Source of the DNA: a virus
Lineage: Duplodnaviria; Caudoviricetes
Virus record (IMG/VR): IMGVR_UViG_3300020463_001618
Coordinates: 1-33,911 of that record
Strand: one strand, 5' to 3'
Length of the DNA: 33,911 nt
Shown: piece by piece, positions 27,401 to 33,911 of the stretch
How the letters are laid out: each line of letters begins with the position of its first letter
Numbering within the stretch: position 1 is the first letter of the stretch
Position numbers and translations under genes: made by a program
The notes under the pieces: generated by a model
The model's database searches: none
What the model saw: only the letters and a program-made list of their open reading frames with translations
Told to the model about the DNA's origin: nothing

Positions 27401-30400
27401 CCGCATGACAATAATATGTAAATGTTGAAACTTGTTCTGTTAATGCACCATTGTTAACAACAATACCATAACCTAAGTCGTTAACCTGTGTATAGTCGTT
27501 TGCCAACATCGAAGTGTTACCAGCAGTTTGTAATATAATATCTGTACCATCTGCAAATTGGAAACCAGCACCACCAATACCCGAAGTTGGATTTAGGAAT
27601 AATGTTGCAGTACCCGCCGCTTGGTCATAATTTGTAACAGCATCAACTTGATAACGTATACCATCAATAAAGAATGGGCATGGTGTTTGTGGTCTTCTAA
27701 TTCTTAGTCCACTACCTACTCCGCTTGATACGTTAAGAGTGTATGCATCATCTTTAGTGTTAACTGTCATTGTTAAGTTAGCAACAAAATTATCAATGTA
27801 CATACCACCGCGGAATGCTTGTTTGTTTGCGGATCTACTAAATGAACTGTTAACCTGTACGTAAGGAGATTTAATTAGAATCTGTCCATCTGGATCAAGT
27901 ACCTGTGCAAATCCACCATGACCTTGCATACTTGTGTTCATAATTCTGTTTGAATCATTCATCATAAACACGTCAATGTCTAAGTTGTTCTTAGGTGGGT
28001 TGTAAGTTGCGTCAAATGCAAATACTACACAATCAATAAGTGCATCTGAATGTGTTTGTACTCCTGCTTCTGAAGTTGCTGTTGCACTTGTATTCTGTGT
28101 TACGTTACTTTGTAAACTTGAACCAAATGCTGTTTTAGCAAATACACTTGGAGTAATTGTTTTAATAATATTAATTGCCGCTGTAGTCTGCTGTTCTTGT
28201 CCTGCTACTGCACCTGAATAGTATGCACTCTGCATTGCAAGAGTTTCTTCTCTACCACCTGCTGGATGTTTTAAGTCAGAAACGTGAGCATCTAAAATTA
28301 ATCCTGTATCTCTACGACATTTAACTTCGTTGTAAGTAAAGCCATTCCATATACCTGATCCACCTGCGTTTGCAACTTGATAGTTAATCCAAGCAATAAC
28401 TTCTTCAACAATAAAGTTTTTGTTTAGTTGTAATAGTTCTGCCGCATTAGGGAAGTTACCTGGGTTAGTAGCCGCGTTCGATCCAAGGTTAACAGTTTTT
28501 GTTGGATCTGCTGTGTAGTGATATCCGTATCTTGGATCTACCAAGTCAGGCATAACACTTAGACCGTTAGTAATAACATTCTCAATGCTCTGCATCAATG
28601 TTGTTACTCTTGCAGTTTGTCCTGCTTCAGTTACTGCTAAACCTGTTGTTTGTGTTGTAACAGATTGTAATGCTGAGTAAGATCCTTGTGGTAAAACATA
28701 ATCAACTACAACACTTCTTGCATAAGCAAGTGCCGCGGCAGTTTGTGCTTCTTGTCCACCAACCTGTGAAACTGTTCCTTCGTAATATCTTCCAGCATTT
28801 AGATATGTTTTAGCGTTACCATTGTATTTGATATCGTGTGCAATACCATCAAGAATAATTCCTGTATCTCTTTCACACTTGGCTTTGTTATATGTAAATG
28901 AAGTTGAGAACGGTGTAATGTTACCAGCCACTTGTGAATCAATCCAAGCAATAACTTCGTCTTTAACAAATTCTTTGTTTGCTTTAATAATTGCTACAGC
29001 ATTTGGATTCTGTGTAGGAATTAGATCTAAGTTATCAAACTCTGCATCTCTAAAGAAATATGTATTAATCCATTTAGATTGTGAACCTCTATTCTTTGGT
29101 CTAATAATTGTACGTCTAAAGTCAGTACCTTTAATAGAACAGTTAGCAGGAAGTTTGATTGGATAATCTTCTTCATAAATTCCTGATTCAACATGAATAC
29201 AAATTTGTGTTTTAATTGCAAAGTTACCGTATTCAATTTTTTCTTGTGTGCTAAACTGTTTAGGTTCAATTAAGAATACACGTAACTCATCTGTACTTGC
29301 ACCTCTTGTGTATTTTACAATTCTACCTAATGCACCTGATGTTTTACCTCTTAAAATTTTACCTGGAAGTATGTCAACGTTTGATGCCGCACCTTGATCA
29401 ACATAACCTTGTCCACCATTGTCAAGTGTAAGTGTTACAGTTGATCCTTCAATCAATGTAGTTGTATCAAGTACACCTAAACCATTGTCAATAATATTTG
29501 TAACAATATCAATCTTACCAAGCACTGCATTTCTTACTGTCGATGTAACAACTTTTGATCCATCAGTAATTTGTGTAATACCATCTACGTTTCTTACAGG
29601 TGTAACTGTACCATTTTGTAAGATAGAGTTAATAATTGTTTTACCATAATTAATACCTGCAAGTGTTTCTGTCTTTTGTGTTGTTCTTGCAATCTGTCCT
29701 GATACAGAACTAAAGTATCTCTTACCAGCAAGTATTGCCTGTGAGTTAGCGTTTAGTCCTTGTTCAATGTCAATAGCCAAACCTTGTGTAATAAGACCCA
29801 TGTCTCTTTCACAAGTTGCTTCGTTGTATTGGTATGTTGGAAATGTTGCATTAATATATGCTACAATTTCTTTCTTAATAAACTCTAAGTTTGATCTAAG
29901 TAATGATGCCGCTGGAGCACCTGCTGTATGTGCAGACGTAATTGTTTGTGTTGTAATAGTACTGTCAGAAGCACCAGTGTTATATGTAACTGTTTGTACA
30001 TAAGCGCCTGGCTCTAACGGTGATGTTTCAATTAGTTCTTCTGCTTTCTCAGCCGCTTTACCAATTGACTTATAAGCAAATTGTAAACTACGTCCTTCTT
30101 TACCTACTGGTGAAAACTGTTGTGTGTCATCGCCGTTTGTTCTAACATACAAATCTACAATACTTGTAAAACTTGAATTGTCAACATAAAATTTTGATGC
30201 CGCTTGTAAATCATCTACATCGTTTGGTGTACCACTGCCTGCCAAGTTACCTGGATGGTCATGCAAGTAAAGTGGACCTGTCATGTCATCACCTTGTCTA
30301 CGTACTGTAGCACTTCTTGGTAATGCTTCTGTTGTTAAGTAATTGCCATACAATGCTGAATTGTATTCGTTGTCAGTAAGCGTGTGTGTACCACCTGGGT

Positions 30401-31181
30401 TACCTGACGCTCCTGCGTTTGCTAAAATTTTGTTTGTGTTTGCTACGGCATCTGCCGCTGATGGGTGGAAACTTAACTGGTTTGCGTTTACGTATCTCAG
30501 GTAGTAAACTGTAGAGTCTGTTAAATTAGTCGCCGCTGGATCACCTGATGAAACTGTGTATTTGAAACCTTGTCCGTTAACGCTGTGGTCGTAACCGTGT
30601 AGAGAAACAATAGCATTGTTGTTTACAAAACTACCAATAACTTTTGCATACTCAGTACCATTAGCAGGTTCTGCTCTCATTCTATTTGGAGAACCTTCAA
30701 TTTGATATCTGTTGTCGTTATATTTTTTATCAGCAACTAAATCGTGTACTGTAATTTGTGTTGAATGTGTTGTGTTAAAATCTGTTGCCGCTTGATCTGT
30801 AATTGGACCAATGTTACCAAGTGTAAAATTACCTGAACCATTTAGATAACCACCAATGGTCGGTTGTAAGTCTGAACTAATTGAACCACCACTGTTTGTA
30901 ATAACAAGTTTAGTTGGATCAGTGTTATCAATTAAAATACCAGTTCCGCCTTCAACTGTTTTCATTAATAATGTTGAACCAGCATCATTAGATACCGGAA
31001 TCTTGTTAGCGCCTAATTCATTTGGTGTGTCTGAAAGTGCAGTAAACCTAATAGTACCACCTTGTCCAAATACTGCGTAAAGTTCACTAAAGTTTTCGTT
31101 TACCTTACTAAAGGCGTCTCTTATACTATCGCCGGTAGCGTCATTACCTTCTACACCAATGTTAATTGTACTTTTTGCCAT
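24489..31181 (-). CDS. Giant tail fibre/spike protein (2230 aa)
   Basis: gp9/gp10-type N-terminus (GNDATGDSIRDAFSKVNENFSELY), three helical C-x-R-D repeats, beta-helix-like segments, and a C-terminal ADLAE...GVVS...GRVPV...GDMLV peptidase G2/intramolecular chaperone-like domain. Confidence 0.85.
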   Translation of the reverse strand: MAKSTINIGVEGNDATGDSIRDAFSKVNENFSELYAVFGQGGTIRFTALSDTPNELGANKIPVSNDAGSTLLMKTVEGGTGILIDNTDPTKLVITNSGGSISSDLQPTIGGYLNGSGNFTLGNIGPITDQAATDFNTTHSTQITVHDLVADKKYNDNRYQIEGSPNRMRAEPANGTEYAKVIGSFVNNNAIVSLHGYDHSVNGQGFKYTVSSGDPAATNLTDSTVYYLRYVNANQLSFHPSAADAVANTNKILANAGASGNPGGTHTLTDNEYNSALYGNYLTTEALPRSATVRRQGDDMTGPLYLHDHPGNLAGSGTPNDVDDLQAASKFYVDNSSFTSIVDLYVRTNGDDTQQFSPVGKEGRSLQFAYKSIGKAAEKAEELIETSPLEPGAYVQTVTYNTGASDSTITTQTITSAHTAGAPAASLLRSNLEFIKKEIVAYINATFPTYQYNEATCERDMGLITQGLAIDIEQGLNANSQAILAGKRYFSSVSGQIARTTQKTETLAGINYGKTIINSILQNGTVTPVRNVDGITQITDGSKVVTSTVRNAVLGKIDIVTNIIDNGLGVLDTTTLIEGSTVTLTLDNGGQGYVDQGAASNVDILPGKILRGKTSGALGRIVKYTRGASTDELRVFLIEPKQFSTQEKIEYGNFAIKTQICIHVESGIYEEDYPIKLPANCSIKGTDFRRTIIRPKNRGSQSKWINTYFFRDAEFDNLDLIPTQNPNAVAIIKANKEFVKDEVIAWIDSQVAGNITPFSTSFTYNKAKCERDTGIILDGIAHDIKYNGNAKTYLNAGRYYEGTVSQVGGQEAQTAAALAYARSVVVDYVLPQGSYSALQSVTTQTTGLAVTEAGQTARVTTLMQSIENVITNGLSVMPDLVDPRYGYHYTADPTKTVNLGSNAATNPGNFPNAAELLQLNKNFIVEEVIAWINYQVANAGGSGIWNGFTYNEVKCRRDTGLILDAHVSDLKHPAGGREETLAMQSAYYSGAVAGQEQQTTAAINIIKTITPSVFAKTAFGSSLQSNVTQNTSATATSEAGVQTHSDALIDCVVFAFDATYNPPKNNLDIDVFMMNDSNRIMNTSMQGHGGFAQVLDPDGQILIKSPYVQVNSSFSRSANKQAFRGGMYIDNFVANLTMTVNTKDDAYTLNVSSGVGSGLRIRRPQTPCPFFIDGIRYQVDAVTNYDQAAGTATLFLNPTSGIGGAGFQFADGTDIILQTAGNTSMLANDYTQVNDLGYGIVVNNGALTEQVSTFTYYCHAAYMANNGSQIRSLNGSNSNGNFGLVSSGSDPNEVIDQITLEEAMVQTARIYDNGTTAINVAGKNIVYVYNIAHIPNNISEIEINHGGSDGIVRYEVASVQTTAFSDVAGASRNGKIYKLNISGNDGLAATLANNDKVIIRALQNFIFDDLETTAVIRPSTAVVFDEQDTFTYRTIAFGSANSVGTTLPGANQQLVTFDANYDYIRVVVNQANIAGTAFAGTGTSHGNAAGDVAISIETITEQAEIDRLNNGDMIFAWDGKVHKVLSYAQKTGYAILSIEDLNNINTAALGDAVVAAGLQTPLTSTDTRTLRVGLNSGENAGLTVNISVARATGHDFNDIGSGGFNTSNYPSKIYGAPQEPVQANEVQERGKGRVFYVSTDQDGFFRVGRFFTVDQGTGRVTFAASIALSNLDGIGFKRGVVITEFSSDDGMTDNAVDSAPTESAVRGYVNRRLGMDESSLIVGNPIGSGFISRDGTIGPSANINFSNNNITGLGDPGADFDGANKRYVDGRTPFGDEAIGTNKANRASGDILLFDGSVYDNATPIGDIGITWNANTADFQITAGAIINADVNAAAQIAQSKLNLNAATVRANATGITQNDLGSAAFDNLVFSSDNGFISIDNGQLPIAKLANIADEHVIGRATGDSSDGDVSAIPFSTIVSSGGTFTTIGAPNAIVKTHTDGSINVQALDVDSARIIDTSGTTVNFTNPGTTLFLSSQTTGAGVTTNSMTGNLNIGASRATESNFQGNSTFADENYIAADWAYHSFIEAPGEADANSTGIGIGAGTGFSNADQISFVTDGASRIVIGTAAMLPSTTSVYDIGSAALKYNQVHAVTFEGQANTALYADLAENYLADAEYETGSVLVFGGDQELTTTTHKGDTRVAGVVSEKPGYLMNKGLEGDYVTSIALQGRVPVLVVGEVKKGDMLVTSAIEGYAIVNNSPGVGEVIGKAVKDKDDPGYGIVEVVVGRV
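28014..29912 (-). repeat. Three protein-level repeats (~140 aa) A..L...N..FI..E..A(Y/W)I...YN..(K/T)C.RD.G.I
   Basis: Cys codons at 29811-29813 (C457), 28875-28877 (C769) and 28317-28319 (C955). Repeat boundaries are approximate. Confidence 0.85.
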
Positions 31182-31184
31182 TTT

Positions 31185-31511
31185 TTAAAATCCTACTGAT
31201 TCGCCACAACCGCAACTTGATGTTGCATTAGGGCTTTTAATATCAAAATATGATCCAAATACTTCTTTTTTATAATCTATCGTAGTACCTATTAAGTACA
31301 TAACACTCGCAGGATCTACAACAAACAAACCTCCATCTACCTTAATTTGTTCGTCATCGCTCCTGATTTCGTCTTCAAGACTCCATTCGTATTTGAAACC
31401 TGCACAGCCACCGCCTTTTAATCCTAACCTAATAGCCGGCTTATCGTGTTCTTTTAGCATTGTAGCCATATGCTCCTTTGCTGTTTCTGTTAGTTGCACT
31501 ATTGCTGTCAT
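31185..31511 (-). CDS. iscA: A-type Fe-S carrier (IscA/SufA/HesB family)
   Basis: LTETA, IRLGLKGGGCAGFKY, GTTIDY, PNATSSCGCGES. Confidence 0.93.
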   Translation of the reverse strand: MTAIVQLTETAKEHMATMLKEHDKPAIRLGLKGGGCAGFKYEWSLEDEIRSDDEQIKVDGGLFVVDPASVMYLIGTTIDYKKEVFGSYFDIKSPNATSSCGCGESVGF

Positions 31512-31527
31512 TTTGTTTCCTTACTAT

Positions 31528-31570
31528 TATTTAGTTTATATTTTATAATCCGAATGTAAATAGGTAAATA
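31528..31570. promoter_or_regulatory. Divergent late promoters
   Basis: Minus-strand CTAAATA (core 31528-31533) before the iscA SD. Plus-strand tandem TAAATA at 31557-31562 and 31565-31570, the latter 5 nt before ATG 31576. Confidence 0.72.
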
Positions 31571-31575
31571 CTTGT

Positions 31576-31863
31576 ATGTTTGATAGAACAGAACAAGAAG
31601 TTAAATGGTATAGCCGTAAGTCTAAAAAAGGTAAGACACATTCATACAAGCGTGTTAAGACTGTAATTATATTTGAATGCGATAACTGCCATGAAGAATT
31701 TAAACGTGACAAAGGACAAGTAGATCCTAAACGTTTAGATAACGCCTATAACCACGTGTGTCCAGAATGCGATCCTAAACGTTTTGCACAAAAGAAAGGT
31801 GCAGAACAAAGGCGCAAACTAAACACTACCGTAGATGGTTTACTTACAATTGATCAGTTGTAA
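31576..31863 (+). CDS. Basic zinc-ribbon protein
   Basis: CDNC...CPEC, Lys/Arg-rich, GGTAAATA-N5-ATG. Confidence 0.75.
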   Translation: MFDRTEQEVKWYSRKSKKGKTHSYKRVKTVIIFECDNCHEEFKRDKGQVDPKRLDNAYNHVCPECDPKRFAQKKGAEQRRKLNTTVDGLLTIDQL

Positions 31864-32025
31864 TTATTCTGATTTCCAAATAGTCCAAGCACCATAACCA
31901 ATAGCCGCGTATGCCGCCAATTTAGCAAATGGTCCTGCTATAAGGACAATAACTCCTACTGCGATAAGCATTGCGCCATCCCAAGAAGTTCTTTCGTCAA
32001 GTCTGTTTTGAATCCAATTTTTCAT
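31864..32025 (-). CDS. Small membrane protein (53 aa, not in ORF track)
   Basis: MKNWIQNRLDERTSWDGAMLIAVGVIVLIAGPFAKLAAYAAIGYGAWTIWKSE, with an AGGAG SD. It exactly fills the gap between neighbouring genes. Confidence 0.78.
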   Translation of the reverse strand: MKNWIQNRLDERTSWDGAMLIAVGVIVLIAGPFAKLAAYAAIGYGAWTIWKSE

Positions 32026-32035
32026 AGTTTCTCCT

Positions 32036-32287
32036 TTACTTGTTTTTTGCGTTCATGTGTTTACGTAATTGAGTAACAAGTTTGTCTTTTGTAAGACGTT
32101 TGTCTAACTCAATACCGTGATTTCTTCCCATCTCTTCTAACTTTGCTTTTGTCATCTTAGACATGTCTGCCTTTGATGGAACCAAAATTAAAGGTGCAAC
32201 CTTACGTTTTTTATTAGCAACGTAATCTGAAAGTTTCAATGTCTTTTTCTCTCCTGCACCAAAAAGTGATTTCAAAAATGATATCAT
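32036..32287 (-). CDS. Small basic protein with HeH/Rho-N-like C-terminal motif
   Basis: Probable start [10 protein letters not shown] at 32287 (TAATG overlap with the SOD stop, GGAG SD). C-terminal MTKAKLEEMGRNHGIELDKRLTKDKLV. Confidence 0.65.
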   Translation of the reverse strand: MISFLKSLFGAGEKKTLKLSDYVANKKRKVAPLILVPSKADMSKMTKAKLEEMGRNHGIELDKRLTKDKLVTQLRKHMNAKNK

Positions 32288-32841
32288 TATTTTTCTCCGT
32301 TTGTAAGCGTAATTACCCCGCAAGCCAGTCTTTCACCTGCGTTTCCGGTTTTCAGCGATTCAGCGTCTCCACCTTTTCCTAAATCATCTGTGTCTTCGTG
32401 TACTACTAATGCTCGTCCAATAATACTACGGTCGCCAATTAAATCAATACGTTTTGCTTTGATTGTAAACTCTGATATCCCGTCAGAGTTGGCTGTGATA
32501 TTTCCTAAATCACCAACATGGCCATTTTCGAGATCTCCATGCTCTACCCCATCTGGATTATAATGTGCGCCAGCACTTTCACATCCGTTTGATAGATCCC
32601 CAAATTCGTGTACATGAAATCCATGTTCACCTTCAGTTAACCCAGTTATCTTACCCTTTATAAGAGTAGCAGTGCCTGGTCCCTGCATAAAGAAAATTGT
32701 TCCCTTAACAGTGTCCGAATGGACTAAGTCACAAACGGCTACAACTTTATCGTCTTCTGCTTCGGATAATTTTCTTAGGCTTTCGCACTGACAAGTTCTT
32801 GCTTTGGTACGTTCACAGTTTTGAAGTTGTTTAAATCGCAT
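32287..32841 (-). CDS. sodC: Cu/Zn superoxide dismutase with non-signal N-terminal extension
   Basis: [49 protein letters not shown]. The metal ligands and the disulfide Cys pair are intact. Confidence 0.96.
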   Translation of the reverse strand: MRFKQLQNCERTKARTCQCESLRKLSEAEDDKVVAVCDLVHSDTVKGTIFFMQGPGTATLIKGKITGLTEGEHGFHVHEFGDLSNGCESAGAHYNPDGVEHGDLENGHVGDLGNITANSDGISEFTIKAKRIDLIGDRSIIGRALVVHEDTDDLGKGGDAESLKTGNAGERLACGVITLTNGEK

Positions 32842-33860
32842 ACTGTATTTACCTTATGTTCTAACAGTTTCTGCGAAGCAAGGTTCTTGTGTTTAGACTC
32901 TACCATAATGTCTGCGGTGTCGTTAAACAGTAGAGCCCAGTCATTTACTGTATTATTCCACATCATATCGCTATGAGCTCGTAGTTTTTGTTTCTTAAAG
33001 CCTTGTTCAAGTAGTTCGTCCATGTTAGGAAGTGTATCAGCATCGTGACCTACAAGTAAGTCTTCACGTGAAACACTGTAATGGATAACAGGACGCACAC
33101 CACGCCAACTGTCAACTACGCGATGATATCTATCGTCGGTGGGCTGTATGTATTCACCTGTACGCACCCAGTGATGGTGTATGTCAAGTACGAGTGCGAC
33201 ATGTTTCTCAAGTTCGAGTGACGCATCGATGCCCCACGACATTTCGTCGTTCTCGATCGTAATAACGTTTCTCGCCTCTTGAGATAATCTTGGGAGAGCA
33301 TTGATGATACCGGCTGGACCTTGCCTACCTGATATGTGGACATTACATTTAAAGTCTTGGAATTGTTGGCCGTAGCCCATCCATCTGATGCAATCAACAT
33401 GATATTCAAACTCCTCTATGCTTCTATTTACTATATCTGGGTTATCTGATGCAAGGACAGTAAATTGTCCTGGGTGCATAGAAAGTCTAACGTCTAACTT
33501 TCTTGCAAGTTCGCCTACCTTAGCAAAATGTTTTTCACAGTATTCAATTACGTCAGGCTTCTTCCAATAGTAAGACCAATCTGCCTGTGTGTAAACAGGA
33601 AGTACATCACTACCAAGACGCACCATTCGTAATTCTTTCTGTAATCCACCAACCCATTCTATCAAGTTGTAAAAACTTTGTATGTTGTGGACCATGATAT
33701 CCCATAGCCTTTGTTCTGCAACATCTCGCGTTTGCCTATTCAACCATTGTACTGTTGTACTTCTTGTATTGAGTGGACGCTGAATCTCCTCAAGAAGTTT
33801 CTTCTTCTGAGTCTGGTCCGGGTGCATGTATTTGCAGGCAAAGCCTATACGTTTAATCAT
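32775..33860 (-). CDS. uvsE: UV damage endonuclease (UVDE)
   Basis: [50 protein letters not shown]. Confidence 0.93.
   Translation of the reverse strand: MIKRIGFACKYMHPDQTQKKKLLEEIQRPLNTRSTTVQWLNRQTRDVAEQRLWDIMVHNIQSFYNLIEWVGGLQKELRMVRLGSDVLPVYTQADWSYYWKKPDVIEYCEKHFAKVGELARKLDVRLSMHPGQFTVLASDNPDIVNRSIEEFEYHVDCIRWMGYGQQFQDFKCNVHISGRQGPAGIINALPRLSQEARNVITIENDEMSWGIDASLELEKHVALVLDIHHHWVRTGEYIQPTDDRYHRVVDSWRGVRPVIHYSVSREDLLVGHDADTLPNMDELLEQGFKKQKLRAHSDMMWNNTVNDWALLFNDTADIMVESKHKNLASQKLLEHKVNTVCDLNNFKTVNVPKQELVSAKA
32846..32853 (-). promoter_or_regulatory. Late promoter GGTAAATA, leaderless, inside the uvsE 3' end
   Basis: GGTAAATA-CAGT-ATG (32841). Confidence 0.7.
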
Positions 33861-33911
33861 TTATGTCTTTTGTTCCTTTGTAATAGATATTCAGCAACTC
33901 TATAAATCCTA

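Larger units (their letters stand above)
1..33911. mobile_element. Segment of a large lytic-type tailed phage genome (T4-like/jumbo myovirus organisation)
   Basis: Baseplate gp9/gp10-type N-termini, tail fibres, endolysin plus spanins, RFC/gp44-type clamp loader, repeated T4-type late promoter cores, and a typical phage auxiliary gene set (phoH, thyX, mazG, def, 2OG oxygenase). No intact bacterial housekeeping operons and no integrase in the window. Confidence 0.93.

Noticed and set aside
1170-31080. Many short plus-strand and alternate-frame ORFs inside long genes (e.g. 1170..1502, 2175..2579, 16733..17131, 25888..26277)
   Set aside because: They are antisense or frame shadows of well-supported genes, with no motifs, SD or promoter.
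32775-32841. uvsE/sodC overlap as a programmed frameshift or fusion
   Set aside because: sodC has its own promoter and ATG, and I saw no slippery site. A simple C-terminal extension of UvsE explains the overlap.
1-33911. Bacterial chromosome or giant eukaryotic virus origin, suggested by clpA, dnaJ, iscU, RFC-like and SOD1-like genes
   Set aside because: Host-like genes are isolated among tail, baseplate and lysis genes, with T4-type late motifs, SD sites and sigma70 promoters.
1-33911. CRISPR array, tRNA, rRNA, intron, diversity-generating retroelement or stop-codon recoding
   Set aside because: Intergenic gaps are short, I saw no periodic DNA repeats, cloverleaf or reverse transcriptase, and genes are intact in the standard code with all three stops used.
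33861-33911. 3' end of a gene upstream of uvsE
   Set aside because: Only about 50 nt are visible and two frames are open, so it cannot be assigned.

Overview
This window reads as part of a large, AT-rich, tailed dsDNA phage genome with T4-like/jumbo myovirus organisation. The host is probably a Gram-negative aquatic bacterium. Genes are densely packed and mostly on the minus strand. In order along the window: putative internal head proteins; a proteostasis operon (dnaJ-def-clpA); a lysis region (holin-like membrane proteins, two-component spanin, extra lipoprotein, GH108 endolysin) containing an oppositely oriented iscU and an ACP-like gene whose phosphopantetheine Ser is replaced by Asp; phoH, thyX, a 2OG-Fe(II) oxygenase, parvulin, 7Fe ferredoxin, RFC-type clamp loader, cytidylyltransferase, MazG, GroES and a DnaE N-terminal fragment; a ~15 kb baseplate/tail module, including a subtilisin and a 2230-aa fibre with three phycobiliprotein-like C-x-R-D helical repeats, headed by iscA; then Cu/Zn SOD and UvsE. 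Two promoter classes are visible (consensus sigma70 and T4-type late TAAATA/TAAGTA), and many are placed to give leaderless mRNAs. The sequence almost completely avoids GCWGC and AGCT. I saw no tRNA, rRNA, CRISPR array or transposon. All protein family calls come from motif recognition by eye, not database searches.
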